Shown here one piece after another: positions 9,028-19,028 of a stretch of DNA of 47,655 nucleotides. The DNA comes from Candidatus Micrarchaeota archaeon (GTDB lineage Archaea > Micrarchaeota > Micrarchaeia > Anstonellales > Bilamarchaeaceae): positions 1-47,655 of the forward strand of contig JBFMEZ010000011.1 in NCBI GenBank assembly GCA_040753215.1, given 5' to 3'. A program made the translations under genes and the position numbers. Under the pieces are notes generated by a model. The model did not search any database, was not told the origin of the DNA, and saw nothing but the letters and a program-made list of their open reading frames with translations. Position 1 is the stretch's first letter, and each line of letters opens with the position of its first letter.

Positions 9028-9230
9028 TGAACCTCCACGGCTCGGTCACACCTTGTAGTCGCCTGCGTGGCGGCGATAGGTCTGCCTAGCCATTGGGTGC
9101 GGCTACAAGGTGTGAGGAAGCCTCGGCATTTATGCCGGGGAGGAGAGCCGAGGCTTCCTCTAAAGGCAGCAGGAATACATTTGCCATTTATCTACGAAGA
9201 AGCCACGGCCTTTAGGCCGTGGAGGTTCAC
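9028..9230. mobile_element. Non-autonomous palindromic element (MITE/PATE-like) with IS200/IS605-type hairpin ends, inserted in the topA 3' end
   Basis: 14-bp terminal inverted repeat TGAACCTCCACGGC (9028-9041)/GCCGTGGAGGTTCA (9216-9229). TTCAC at both junctions (9023-9027, 9226-9230). Internal stems 9046-9062/9099-9115 and 9114-9127/9147-9160. Terminal hairpin CCACGGCCTTTAGGCCGTGG. Confidence 0.75.
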
Positions 9231-12200
9231 TTTCTTCTTTTTAGGCGCAGCCTTCTTCCTGGGCTTCTTTTCCTTCTTCTCCGCGCCCTCCTCTTTCTTC
9301 GCCGCCTCTTTTGCCTTTTCTTCCTTCTCCTCCTTCCTCTTGCCCCAGTTCGCCTTGCTCTTACAGTTCACAACCAGGCACATCTCGAATGCCCTTCCGG
9401 TCCTCCTTATTTTTGCCATCGGGCCCCCGCACTCCGGGCATTTCTTCTCCAATAATTGCACATAAGCCCCAAACGGAACAGGGTAGGCATTCCTGCAGTC
9501 CGGATATCCCGTGCACCCAACGAACTGCTTCCCAGTCTTCATCCTTATCACGCGCAGGGGCTTACCGCAAAGGGGGCACATCGCCTTCGCTGATTCCGCT
9601 TCTGTCTGCTTCACTGAGGCAAGCAGCTCCTTCCCTATCTTCTCCTCATTCCTCTTGAAATCATCCAATATTTGGATAAGTATCTCCTTCCCCTCCTCAA
9701 TCACCACTTCCTTGCCCATTCTCCCCCCCACCACCATTTCCATATCGTCCTCTAGCTTGCGCGTTAGCTTTTCATCCAGTATCTTGGGCGAATACGTGGC
9801 CAAAACCTCCCATACCCGCATCCCGAACGGAGAAACCTCTATGCTCCTCCCCTCCGCATACCCGCGCTTGAACAATGTATCCACTATTACTGCTCGTGTA
9901 GCCTTCGTTCCGAGGTGCTTCTTTTCCAATTCCGAGATTATGCTAGCGGGCGAATACCTGTTCGGCGGCTTGGTCTGCTTCTTTTCCTTTTTCTTTTCTT
10001 CTATTGGCGTATTTTCTCCGTTCGCAAATGCAGCAACCGCCTTCTCCTTGCTCTTGTAATATGGGTAGAATTCTATCCATCCCTTCTCCACTATGTGCGA
10101 GCCGTTCGCATCGAACCCTTCCCCGCCCGCCCTCGCCTTTATTTTCGTAACCGCAATCTTCGCAGGCGGCGCAAAGCAGGACAAAAATCTGCGTACAATC
10201 AAATCGTACAATTTCTTCTCCTGCTCGCTCAGCTTTCCGGGCTGCATTCCGGTTGGATGTATCGCAGGGTGCGCGGGGTCCTCCTTCTTCCCCTCCCTCG
10301 GCCTGAACCATTTTTTCTCCAGAAGGATTTTCGCATGTGTTGCGTATTCCGGGTTTCCCGACAATTTGTCTATTATTCTCGCCAGCCCCAGTTTTGCGGG
10401 CAACTTCTGCGAAGAGGTCCTTGGATAGGAAATCAAAGAGCCTTCATAAAGGGTCTGCGCAAGCGCAAGCGTGAGCGCAGGCGGGAACCCGAAAGCTCCG
10501 TACGCTTCAAGTTGCAAGGAAGTGAGGTCAAACGGCGGATAGGCCCACGCCTCCACCTCCTTCTTCTCCACATTCTCTATTGTCGCATTCATCCCCTTCG
10601 CTATTTTCCCATACACAGCTTCTGCCTCCCCCGCCTCCATGAACCTTCCTGCCTCATGCAGGAATTCCGTCCCCTTGAGCCAGGTGCGTATCTCCCAGTA
10701 ATCCTGCGGCACAAACGCGGCAATCTCCTTCTCCCTTTTCGCAAGAATGTCCAGGGCCGGCCCCTGGACTCTCCCTATGCTCATTGTGCGGAAGCCGCCC
10801 GCCTTCCTGAGCGCGCCCATAAGCGCACGAGACAAATTAATCCCATAATACCAGTCAATTATGTGCCTTGCCTCGCCGGCGAAGGCATTGTTGAAATCTA
10901 TGCTTCCTTCCCTATTCTCAAAGGATTCCGCAAGTTCCGAAGCCACAAGGGACGAGAACTTCATCCTCCCCCCGTTCTCTCCTCCGTAGCAGAAGCGATA
11001 TACATTATACCCAATCAAACTGTTGTGGGTGATTATGCCATCCCCATGCATGAAGCTTCCCGTTTCCGTTTCCAAATCATACACATACCCGTCATAGTCG
11101 CATTCTTCTATCCTTAGAATCCTGAGTGGCAGCACCTCGCTTTTCTTCAGTTTGTTTACAAATTCCGAACCTTTGACTATGGATTCTTTTGACGTTCTCG
11201 CGTTCTGGCCGCCAAACTTTATATTTCTCAGAGTCTGTTTTCCAAGCTTGCATTCATCAAGCATGAAATTCGGCAGGCACGCAGCCAAATCCTTTCTTTT
11301 GGTTCCTGAGTCAGCAATGCGCAAAACATCCTTGTGCAGCCCCTTCCTGTCTATCACCGAAGCGGCTCCCGCATCAAAAAGTTTCTTAATCTCATGGCTA
11401 ACGCCGATGACTAGGTAAAAAACATCCTTTTTTTTCTGCCTCACCAGCGCAGAATTTATTCCAAATGAGAGCAGCAGGATATGCATCCTTTTCATGAGTT
11501 CCCTGCTCACCGAGCCCGCTGATACAACACATCTGTTATCCTTTTTGCTTATGAATGCGCTTCCGTCCCCCAGCAGGTAGCCATCAAGAATGCCGGCGCG
11601 GAATTCCGCGGGGCTGGAAATAATGAAATCCGGCAAATTCTTCTTGTGGGAACCGCGCCCCAGCTTCAGGACGTCTCCAAAAAGGAACGCGAGCATTTTC
11701 GATTTTGTTCCTATCTCAGGGGTTATCGCGTTGCCGAATTGCCCCCTTGCTTTTCTAACCCTCTTTTTTACATCGCTTATCAGCAATTTTTTCCGGAGTA
11801 TCTCTTCAACTTCATTCACAAGGTCCATTTCTGTTGGGCCGAAATAGAAACCCACAAAGCCACTGCTATCTATGCAGCCCTCCGCGAGGTAGTAGCCAGC
11901 CAGCTTCCCAAGCTCTCTACCGAGGGGGATTATGCACGGCGTCCTAGTTTTCCCTTTTCTGACTCCGATTCTAAGGGCTTTTCTGTCTTCCTTTTTTTCT
12001 TCAAGTTTCAGGTAAGCCCAAAGTGGGATTCTGTCCCAAAAGCGCCAACCCAGCGCGGTTTTCCTGCTAACATGCAGGGTTTTTGCCACTTCAGCGGGCA
12101 TTTTTCTGTTGATTTTTGAAAATCCGTAGATGTAGAACCGGTTTGCCTGCCCGAGCCGCATGGCTTCTTCCACCAGGTCCAGTTGCTTCCTTTCTCTTGC

Positions 12201-12914
12201 GTTTTTCGGCATTCTAATTGCCGTAGGAACATAATCTCCTGCAGCAAGCAGTGCGGCTTTCTTTACGACAAGGCCGTTCTTCCCGAATACGAAAGTCGGA
12301 TGGTTTGGAGTTACGCATATCTCCTTTCCATGCTGGAGGGTGATTTTCAGCACTTTTCCGGTTCCCTTCCTCCTCATAACTTTCTTGACTTGTTTATATC
12401 CAAACCCGAGCGATTCAGGTTCAATCGATGGTACTTTTAATCCGTCCACTTCCACATATTCAAATCCGTTCCATTCCTTCTTTTTGCCGTTTTCCAGAAG
12501 CTTATCCACGAAGTCCCCTACCCTCTCGAATGTTGTCCCCTCTTCGCCTTCAATCAATATCTGCTCAGATGCAGGCAAGCACCCTTCTATATCATAGTCG
12601 CACGCCACCGTAACGCGCTCCGCCTTCTTCCCGAGCGCCAGCAGGGCCTCCGTATAGTCCTTCGTATAATATGAAAATCTGCTTATCTGGTAGGAGGGCT
12701 TCCATTCCACATCAAAAACGGGATAGGAGTGGCTCTTCTTCACTTCCGCAAGGTTGTAAAGATGCCCAACCGCAGGAGCAACCGCATACTCCTTCCCATC
12801 CTTTGTAATCTCATAGTAGCGGGCCTTCCCGTGGCTCCTCTGCACCATCTCCCCGCCGATTGCCTTTGCGATGGTATAAGCAACCTTGGGCTTCTCCGCT
12901 ACGATTAATTCCAT
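9192..12914 (-). CDS. topA: DNA topoisomerase I (type IA), intein-containing
   Basis: Start reassigned to MELIVAEKP (12914). TOPRIM AEKP/GHLY/DYDIEG, SIGRVQGPAL, ISYPRTSS (catalytic Tyr), LGTKATR, C-terminal Zn ribbons and a Lys-rich tail. Confidence 0.96.
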   Translation of the reverse strand: MELIVAEKPKVAYTIAKAIGGEMVQRSHGKARYYEITKDGKEYAVAPAVGHLYNLAEVKKSHSYPVFDVEWKPSYQISRFSYYTKDYTEALLALGKKAERVTVACDYDIEGCLPASEQILIEGEEGTTFERVGDFVDKLLENGKKKEWNGFEYVEVDGLKVPSIEPESLGFGYKQVKKVMRRKGTGKVLKITLQHGKEICVTPNHPTFVFGKNGLVVKKAALLAAGDYVPTAIRMPKNARERKQLDLVEEAMRLGQANRFYIYGFSKINRKMPAEVAKTLHVSRKTALGWRFWDRIPLWAYLKLEEKKEDRKALRIGVRKGKTRTPCIIPLGRELGKLAGYYLAEGCIDSSGFVGFYFGPTEMDLVNEVEEILRKKLLISDVKKRVRKARGQFGNAITPEIGTKSKMLAFLFGDVLKLGRGSHKKNLPDFIISSPAEFRAGILDGYLLGDGSAFISKKDNRCVVSAGSVSRELMKRMHILLLSFGINSALVRQKKKDVFYLVIGVSHEIKKLFDAGAASVIDRKGLHKDVLRIADSGTKRKDLAACLPNFMLDECKLGKQTLRNIKFGGQNARTSKESIVKGSEFVNKLKKSEVLPLRILRIEECDYDGYVYDLETETGSFMHGDGIITHNSLIGYNVYRFCYGGENGGRMKFSSLVASELAESFENREGSIDFNNAFAGEARHIIDWYYGINLSRALMGALRKAGGFRTMSIGRVQGPALDILAKREKEIAAFVPQDYWEIRTWLKGTEFLHEAGRFMEAGEAEAVYGKIAKGMNATIENVEKKEVEAWAYPPFDLTSLQLEAYGAFGFPPALTLALAQTLYEGSLISYPRTSSQKLPAKLGLARIIDKLSGNPEYATHAKILLEKKWFRPREGKKEDPAHPAIHPTGMQPGKLSEQEKKLYDLIVRRFLSCFAPPAKIAVTKIKARAGGEGFDANGSHIVEKGWIEFYPYYKSKEKAVAAFANGENTPIEEKKKEKKQTKPPNRYSPASIISELEKKHLGTKATRAVIVDTLFKRGYAEGRSIEVSPFGMRVWEVLATYSPKILDEKLTRKLEDDMEMVVGGRMGKEVVIEEGKEILIQILDDFKRNEEKIGKELLASVKQTEAESAKAMCPLCGKPLRVIRMKTGKQFVGCTGYPDCRNAYPVPFGAYVQLLEKKCPECGGPMAKIRRTGRAFEMCLVVNCKSKANWGKRKEEKEEKAKEAAKKEEGAEKKEKKPRKKAAPKKKKVNLHGLKAVASS
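11022..12581 (-). mobile_element. Full intein (520 aa) with LAGLIDADG homing endonuclease in topA
   Basis: CLPASEQILIEG start, VTPNHPTF block B, LAGYYLAEGC and LDGYLLGDGS LAGLIDADG blocks, VYDLETETGSFMHGDGIITHN followed by extein Ser. Confidence 0.95.
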
Positions 12915-12940
12915 AGGTTTCGGATAAGAAGATGAAGGGG

Positions 12941-12948
12941 TATTTAAA
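12941..12948 (-). promoter_or_regulatory. Putative TATA box of topA
   Basis: TTTAAATA on the minus strand, 26 nt upstream of the ATG at 12914. Confidence 0.6.
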
Positions 12949-13005
12949 CCCCGTGCAAACTCTCTACGCGCACACCCGCGCGCGCACGCGCGCGAATATT
13001 TTATT

Positions 13006-13530
13006 CTATCTAGCGGAATAAGTGGCAACCACAGTATATTTCGGCCCCTCCCTGCTCAGGACGCTCTCAATCAAATAGAATTCCTTCACCCCGAACTGCC
13101 CGAAATCCCATTCCGCGTATTTTTTCAGGTAATCATCCAGCACCATTTTCCTCTTCACGCGCGCAATCGTAAGGTGCCCCGTGAACTTCTCCTCCCCAAA
13201 CATCCCCGCCAATTTTCCGTTCACCTGCTCCGCAAGCTTCTCAAGCGCCCTGCTCTCGCACCCCGCCCAGACCACGCGTATGTAATTCGGGTTCGGGAAC
13301 ACCCCCGCCCCCCGCACATCCACCATAAAGGGCGAAAAGGAAACCTCCCTCAGCGCATTGTCTATCCTCTCCAGCATCTTGGGGTTCACTTCCCCAAGGA
13401 ATTTCAGGGTGATATGCATCAAAGGAAGCTCCACCTTCTTCAGCCCGCCCTCCTCAGGCAAATCCTTCTGCGCGTCCCCTATCCTTCTTTTTATTTCCGG
13501 CGGAATCCCAACTGCAATGAATAATCTCAT
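13006..13530 (-). CDS. thpR: RNA 2',3'-cyclic phosphodiesterase (2H phosphoesterase, 2'-5' RNA ligase family)
   Basis: MRLFIAV start, two HxT motifs (HITLKFLGEV, HLTIARVK), ESVLSREGPKY. Confidence 0.93.
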   Translation of the reverse strand: MRLFIAVGIPPEIKRRIGDAQKDLPEEGGLKKVELPLMHITLKFLGEVNPKMLERIDNALREVSFSPFMVDVRGAGVFPNPNYIRVVWAGCESRALEKLAEQVNGKLAGMFGEEKFTGHLTIARVKRKMVLDDYLKKYAEWDFGQFGVKEFYLIESVLSREGPKYTVVATYSAR

Positions 13531-13550
13531 GGGTGCATTTCCCGTGCAAT

Positions 13551-13559
13551 GTTTATAAG
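13551..13559. promoter_or_regulatory. Shared TATA-like element between divergent thpR and pmbA
   Basis: GTTTATAAG lies ~21 nt from both start codons in a 50-bp gap. Confidence 0.45.
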
Positions 13560-13580
13560 CATTCAACACAATCTCTGCCC

Positions 13581-14849
13581 ATGAGCCTGCTCACTCTTGC
13601 AAAAGCATCTGCGGACGAGGCGGAATCCTACCTCTCCGATTTCTCCACGCTCACGGTGGAATACGCGCACGGCTGCTTCCGCGAAAAGAAGTTCTCCCAT
13701 GAAAAAGGATATGCGCTCCGCGCAATAAAGGATTCCAAGCTCGGCTTCTCCTACTGCAATTCCGAAGAAGATTTCCAAAAAGCGGTGGATGCCGCCCTGC
13801 GCTCCGCGCCTTTTTCCCCCGAAGTGAAATACTCCTTCCCTCCTTCCCAAAAATATGAGTATATGAAAACAAAGAGCTGGGACATCGCAAACCTGGATGA
13901 AAAATTCGCGATGGAGTGCGCCCAGCGGGCTGTGGAGGGAATCCTTGAGCATGCGGAGCCAACCCGCGTCTCCCTCTCCTTCTCTTTCGGAAAGGAAGAA
14001 ATAGAGAATACAAACGGGCTCTCCGCATCCATGGACGGGAGCTTCTGCTCCCTCTATGCGGAAGCGAAAAAAGGCAATCTCTTCGGGTTCTCGTATTATG
14101 CCTCCCCGTTCCTCCCAAAAGATTTCAAAAAACTCGGGGGAGAAGCCGCCCTCATGGCGAAGGAGATGGAGGGCGCAAAGTCACTCCCCACTGGAAAATA
14201 TGAGGTATGCTTTTCGCCCTATTGCCTCTCCCAACTAATTGAATTCTTCATGTTCCACCTCTCCTCCGAAAACAAGAGGAGGGGCATCTCAAAGCTCTCG
14301 GATAAGAAAGGGGAGAAAGTATCCAGCGAAAAGCTCTCCATAAGGGATTCCCTCAAGGCAAACGCGGCAAACATGTGGCCTTTTGATGCAGAAGGGATAG
14401 CAGCAAAAGACATATCCCTCATCCGGGACGGGGTGCTTGAGGATTTCCTTTACGATTCCTACACCGCCGTGCGCCTGGGTTCCTGGAGGGACGGGAACTG
14501 CTCCCGCCCCGATTATTCCACGGCACCCACCCCGGCCCAATCCAACATAATAATAGGGAAAGGGGATTACCCGGAGGCGGCAGCCGCCCACTACCTCTAC
14601 GTGGAATCCTTCCACGGGATGCACACCTCCAATTCGGTGAGCGGGGATTTCGGCGTGGAGGTGGACATCGCCTTTTTCATAAAGGACAAGGGTGAAAAAT
14701 TCCCGGTCACCAACCTCCTGCTCACCGGAAACATATTTAACCTTTTTAGCTCAATAAATAAGGTTGGAGACGCCCAGTCAGCCTGGAACGACCTCATTGC
14801 CCCCAAGATTTGGTTTAAGGACGTCCAGGCGGTAGGCTCAAAAGGATGA
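13581..14849 (+). CDS. pmbA: TldD/PmbA family protein (PmbA/TldE-like)
   Basis: [55 protein letters not shown]. No HExxxH, so PmbA-type. Start reassigned to MSLL. Confidence 0.85.
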   Translation: MSLLTLAKASADEAESYLSDFSTLTVEYAHGCFREKKFSHEKGYALRAIKDSKLGFSYCNSEEDFQKAVDAALRSAPFSPEVKYSFPPSQKYEYMKTKSWDIANLDEKFAMECAQRAVEGILEHAEPTRVSLSFSFGKEEIENTNGLSASMDGSFCSLYAEAKKGNLFGFSYYASPFLPKDFKKLGGEAALMAKEMEGAKSLPTGKYEVCFSPYCLSQLIEFFMFHLSSENKRRGISKLSDKKGEKVSSEKLSIRDSLKANAANMWPFDAEGIAAKDISLIRDGVLEDFLYDSYTAVRLGSWRDGNCSRPDYSTAPTPAQSNIIIGKGDYPEAAAAHYLYVESFHGMHTSNSVSGDFGVEVDIAFFIKDKGEKFPVTNLLLTGNIFNLFSSINKVGDAQSAWNDLIAPKIWFKDVQAVGSKG

Positions 14850-16858
14850 ACCGGATGAAGAAATTCAAAACCACGGAAGAGATAGAAGTCCCCCAGAGGC
14901 TCATAGACCAGGTGATAGGCCAGGACAAGGCAGTGGAGATAATAAAGAAGGCGGCGAAGCAGAAGAGGCACGTCCTGCTCATAGGCCCGCCCGGCACCGG
15001 GAAAAGCATGCTCGCGCAGGGCATGGCCGAGCTCCTTCCCGCAGGGGAACTGCAGGATGTGCTCGCATTTGAGAACCCGAACAACGATTCCGAGCCGCTC
15101 ATAAAAGTGGTCCCATCCTTCCCGGATGCCGGTTATCTCCTTAAGCATAAGGAGCATATCCCCTACTATTCCCCGCAGGAGCTTAATCTCATAGAAAAAT
15201 ACACACATGAGAAAAAAACGCAGCAGCTCCCGAAACTGCTGAAAAACTCCCTGGGGAGGAGGATGGCGCAGGCCTTCCGCGTTGCGGAAAAGCAGAGGGA
15301 GGAGCAGGGAATATCGCCGCTCTTCATGCTCCTTATATTCGGCATAATAGCGATAATAGTGACCTTCCTTCTCGACATCCCGCAGGACCAGAAATGGCTC
15401 ATACTTGCGATACTCTTCGGGCTTTCGGTCTTTTATGCCCTTTCTTCCGCAGCATCGGGGCTATCCAGGAAGATGATGCCTTCGATGCACAGGGCAAATT
15501 TCCGCGTGATAGTGGACAACTCCGGGCGCACAACCTCCCCGTTCATAGACGCAACGGGGAGCAAGGCTGGCGCCCTTCTCGGCGACGTAAAACATGATCC
15601 TTTACAAACCGGGGGCCTCGGCACCCCTGCCCACCTACGCGTGGAATCCGGCGCAATACACAAGGCGAACAAGGGAGTCCTCTTCATAGACGAGATCGCC
15701 TCCCTGAAGATGAACTGGCAGGCGGAGCTGCTCACCGCGATGCAGGAGAAGAAATACCCTATCACGGGCCAGAGCGAGCTTTCCTCCGGGGCGCTCGTGA
15801 AGACAGAGCCGGCCCCCTCGGATTTCGTCCTTGTTGCCGCGGGCAACCTCCCGGACCTCCAGCACATACACCCCGCCCTCCGCTCCCGCATCCGCGGGGA
15901 GGGCTATGAGGTGTATGTCGAGGATTCGATGGACGATAATGAGGAGAACGAAGAGAGCCTCGCGAGGTTCGTCGCGCAGGAAGTCAGGAAGGACGGCCGC
16001 ATCCCCAATTTCACCTACGACGCCGTGAAGGAAATAATAGAAGAGGCGAGGCGCCTCTCCGGAAGGAGGAAGAAATTCACGCTAAATTTCCGGGAGATAG
16101 GCGGCCTCGTGCGCGCAGCGGGCGATTTCGCAAGGGAGGAGGGCGCGGAATACGCGGAGGTTTCACACGTCAGGAAGGCGCGCTCGGTCGCGAGGCCGAT
16201 AGAATCCCAGGTAGTGGGGAAGCTCGTGGAGCACAAGAAGGAATACCAGGTGTTCCAGACTTCCGGCTATTCCGTGGGCAAGGTGAACGGGCTCGCGGTC
16301 CTTGGCGACGCATTCTCCGGCATCGTCCTCCCGATAGTGGCCGAAGTCACCCCCTCCTCCTCAAAAAGCGGGGGCAAGATAATAGCAACCGGCAAGCTCG
16401 GGGTCATCGCAAAGGAGGCGGTGGAGAACGTCTCCGCAATCATAAAGAAATACACCGAGAAGGACCTTTCAAGGAAGGACATACACATACAGTTCCTCCA
16501 GACATATGAGGGCGTGGAGGGCGATTCCGCCTCCATCTCCATCGCTGTTGCGGTAATCTCGGACCTGGAGGGCATCCCGGTGGACAATTCCTATGCGCTC
16601 ACCGGCTCCCTTTCCGTGAGGGGAGAGGTGCTACCGGTGGGCGGCGTGACCGCTAAAATCGAGGCGGCCCACGATGCGGGCATAAGCAAGGTGCTCATCC
16701 CGAAATCCAACCTGAAGGATGTTTACCTGAAGGGCGAGCTTAAGGGAAAGGTAAAAATCTACGAGGCGGAGAACATCCTTGATGTGCTCTCCCTGGTCCT
16801 GAAGGAATCGCCCGGGAAGAAAAAGCTCCTCGCCGCGATAAGGAAGCAGTTCGCCTGA
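14846..16858 (+). CDS. lonB: Archaeal Lon protease LonB (membrane-anchored)
   Basis: [15 protein letters not shown], two TM helices, [14 protein letters not shown] (catalytic Ser), [12 protein letters not shown]. Confidence 0.97.
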   Translation: MNRMKKFKTTEEIEVPQRLIDQVIGQDKAVEIIKKAAKQKRHVLLIGPPGTGKSMLAQGMAELLPAGELQDVLAFENPNNDSEPLIKVVPSFPDAGYLLKHKEHIPYYSPQELNLIEKYTHEKKTQQLPKLLKNSLGRRMAQAFRVAEKQREEQGISPLFMLLIFGIIAIIVTFLLDIPQDQKWLILAILFGLSVFYALSSAASGLSRKMMPSMHRANFRVIVDNSGRTTSPFIDATGSKAGALLGDVKHDPLQTGGLGTPAHLRVESGAIHKANKGVLFIDEIASLKMNWQAELLTAMQEKKYPITGQSELSSGALVKTEPAPSDFVLVAAGNLPDLQHIHPALRSRIRGEGYEVYVEDSMDDNEENEESLARFVAQEVRKDGRIPNFTYDAVKEIIEEARRLSGRRKKFTLNFREIGGLVRAAGDFAREEGAEYAEVSHVRKARSVARPIESQVVGKLVEHKKEYQVFQTSGYSVGKVNGLAVLGDAFSGIVLPIVAEVTPSSSKSGGKIIATGKLGVIAKEAVENVSAIIKKYTEKDLSRKDIHIQFLQTYEGVEGDSASISIAVAVISDLEGIPVDNSYALTGSLSVRGEVLPVGGVTAKIEAAHDAGISKVLIPKSNLKDVYLKGELKGKVKIYEAENILDVLSLVLKESPGKKKLLAAIRKQFA

Positions 16859-16863
16859 TGCGC

Positions 16864-18102
16864 TCAGGCGCTCTTTACGAATACCGTATCCTCTATCGAA
16901 TAGATGTGCCGGAATGAGAGGCTGAACTTCCTGCCCAGCGGGTTCTGAAGAACAAGCTGCTCCTTCCTCGCATCAACCCCGAGCACCTTGCCCAGGAAGT
17001 TCCCGTTCTCATTTATCACGTCCTTCCCATCCAGCTTCATGGACAGTATGCTGTTCTTCCTTATCATCCCTATTATCATTATTGACGCGAACCCTATCAC
17101 AAGCCCGATGAGTATCGCGGAGAGGAAATCCCCGAAGCTCACATACGGCTCTTCAAGGTTGAGGACCCACTGCGCGCCTATGCTCAGTATCATCGCAGTT
17201 AGCAGTATCGCAACCGCGTACAGCGAATACCTCGTTACCATGAACTTCTTGTTCTCGGTTATCGCATCTATCGTCTTGCCCCCTATCACGAGGAGCACCA
17301 CCCAGGGGAAGAGGAACAGCAGCGATTTCAGCACATACGCCACGGTCTTCCCGCTGTCCAGCCCGAGCCCGGCCGCTTCGGAATACGCCTCCTGCGCGGC
17401 CCACAGGGAAACCAGCAGCAGCGCAAACGCGGAGATGTATGCGAGCCAGCTCGTTTTCTCTATGGAGAACCGGAATTCCCTCATCAGGCCGAACAGGTAT
17501 TCCTCTATCCCGAACCCTTTTATCAGAAGGTAAAGGCCTACGAGTATCCCGACCGGCTTCCACCCCCATTCCAGGTAGCTGGAGACCGAGAAGAGCAGCA
17601 CGAGTATCGCAGGCACCCCGAAAATTATCCTCGCATAATACGGGTCCTTGAGCTTTTCCAGCAGCACGAAGTAGGTCTTCTCCAGCTCCTTCGCCTGCTT
17701 CATCACCACCACTTTCACCGCGTCTATCTTTATGCGGGAGCGGATTATGGGCAGTATCTCTTCGTCCGATGCGCCGTCAGAGACGAATATGCAGCTCTCC
17801 GCGGGTATTTCAGCAAGAATCCGGTTCAGCTGCCCGCTTATCTCCATGTCCGCCCTCGTCCCGAGCTTCTTGTGGCCCGTGAGCGTGATTATCTCCACGC
17901 TCCTCTTCTCGGCCTTGAGCTGGTCGTACAGCTTTATGGCCGAGAATATTGTGTTCGAATCCGTATCCTCCGGGTCCGCGAGCGCGAGCTTCGTGGCCCC
18001 CTCCATGTTCGCCTGCCTGCCTATGAGCGGCCCGCTGACCTTCGCCTTTTCGTAGAGGTCGTTGTCCCTGTCTATGCACAGCACAAGTATCGGCTTTACC
18101 AT
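16864..18102 (-). CDS. DUF373 family membrane protein with C-terminal PRC-barrel-like domain
   Basis: LVLCIDRDNDL, DPEDTDSN, VSDGASDE, multiple TM segments, tail GKDVINENGNFLGKV. Start reassigned to MVKPIL. Confidence 0.8.
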   Translation of the reverse strand: MVKPILVLCIDRDNDLYEKAKVSGPLIGRQANMEGATKLALADPEDTDSNTIFSAIKLYDQLKAEKRSVEIITLTGHKKLGTRADMEISGQLNRILAEIPAESCIFVSDGASDEEILPIIRSRIKIDAVKVVVMKQAKELEKTYFVLLEKLKDPYYARIIFGVPAILVLLFSVSSYLEWGWKPVGILVGLYLLIKGFGIEEYLFGLMREFRFSIEKTSWLAYISAFALLLVSLWAAQEAYSEAAGLGLDSGKTVAYVLKSLLFLFPWVVLLVIGGKTIDAITENKKFMVTRYSLYAVAILLTAMILSIGAQWVLNLEEPYVSFGDFLSAILIGLVIGFASIMIIGMIRKNSILSMKLDGKDVINENGNFLGKVLGVDARKEQLVLQNPLGRKFSLSFRHIYSIEDTVFVKSA

Positions 18103-18172
18103 CGGTTTTTTCTCTCCCCCATTCTTTTTAAATGTTCTTAACCTTAATCCTAACTTCTCTTGAGTTGATTCC

Positions 18173-18730
18173 ATGGAAAAGAAAATCCTTCTCCCAGGGG
18201 ACCATGTGGGCCCCGGGGAGGTGTACGAGGCAGGGCCCTCGACCTATGTGGAAAAGGACGAGGTTTACGCATCCGCGGTCGGCGCCCTAGATGAGGAGGC
18301 GCGCGTGCTGAGGGCCAGGTCCGGGAAGATTCCGTTCACAAAAGGCATCGTGGTGTATGGGATAGTGGTGAGCGTTTTTGAGAACTTCGCGATAGTCGGC
18401 ATAGTCCCGGAGAAGGCCGCCGGCGGCAAGCTGACCGGGGCGGACGATGGCAAAATCCTGGTGAAGAACGCCTCAAAGGAATACACGCGCTCCATGAGGG
18501 ACGCCTTCAGGGTGGGGGACATAATACGCGCCAAGGTCGTGGAGGTGGACGCGGACACCCTGATGCTCAGCACCGCCTACCCGGAGTACGGCGTGATAAA
18601 GGCCTTCTGCTCCAGGGACAGGGCAGTCCTCGAGAGGGCCGGCCGCGACCTCGCCTGCCCCGTTTGCAAGGGAAGGGAGAGGCGGAAGACCGCAAACGAT
18701 TATAGGGCTTTCGGGAAGATTAATGTCTGA
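18173..18730 (+). CDS. csl4: Exosome complex RNA-binding protein Csl4
   Basis: LPGD start, S1 domain FRVGDIIRAKV, GVIKAFCS...CPVC..ERRK Zn ribbon. Adjacent to rpoL. Confidence 0.88.
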   Translation: MEKKILLPGDHVGPGEVYEAGPSTYVEKDEVYASAVGALDEEARVLRARSGKIPFTKGIVVYGIVVSVFENFAIVGIVPEKAAGGKLTGADDGKILVKNASKEYTRSMRDAFRVGDIIRAKVVEVDADTLMLSTAYPEYGVIKAFCSRDRAVLERAGRDLACPVCKGRERRKTANDYRAFGKINV

Positions 18731-18739
18731 GGTGTTGCC

Positions 18740-19012
18740 TTGGAACTCAAGATCATATCCGTCGCGGACAAGGAAGTGGAGTTTGAGATAGTCGGGGGGG
18801 AATACACCCTCGCGGAGCTGCTCACCTCCCGCCTGAACGGGAAGAAGGAAGTTGAATTCGCATCGTACCGGGTTGCGCACCCGCTGGTCTCCAACCCGCG
18901 CATATATGTGCGCGTTTCCTCGGGAAAGGCCCTCACCCTTATTACGGACACGCTTGAGGAGCTCAGGGAGGAGGTTGCGGCGTTCAGGGAGGCGCTTGGC
19001 AGGGCGAAATAG
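18740..19012 (+). CDS. rpoL: DNA-directed RNA polymerase subunit L (Rpo11)
   Basis: GEYTLAELL, VEFASYRVAHPL. TTG start after an AGGTG SD-like sequence. Confidence 0.88.
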   Translation: MELKIISVADKEVEFEIVGGEYTLAELLTSRLNGKKEVEFASYRVAHPLVSNPRIYVRVSSGKALTLITDTLEELREEVAAFREALGRAK

Positions 19013-19028
19013 CGCTGCGGGGCGCACT

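Noticed and set aside
9067..9465. 132-aa plus-strand ORF as a transposase remnant
   Set aside because: It is mostly antisense to the Lys-rich topA tail, with no TnpA HUH or TnpB RuvC/Zn motifs.
12915..13028. N-terminal extension of topA in the ORF track
   Set aside because: It runs through the TATA box and CG tract and overlaps thpR. Homology begins at MELIVAEKP.
4968..13530. rtcB plus thpR as a dedicated RNA-repair operon
   Set aside because: They are separated by a HEAT gene, lysS on the opposite strand and topA, and both are common archaeal housekeeping genes.
15110..15260. ~40-aa extra segment in LonB before the TM region as a possible intein or element
   Set aside because: There are no Hint motifs and no inverted repeat; it is likely a lineage-specific loop.
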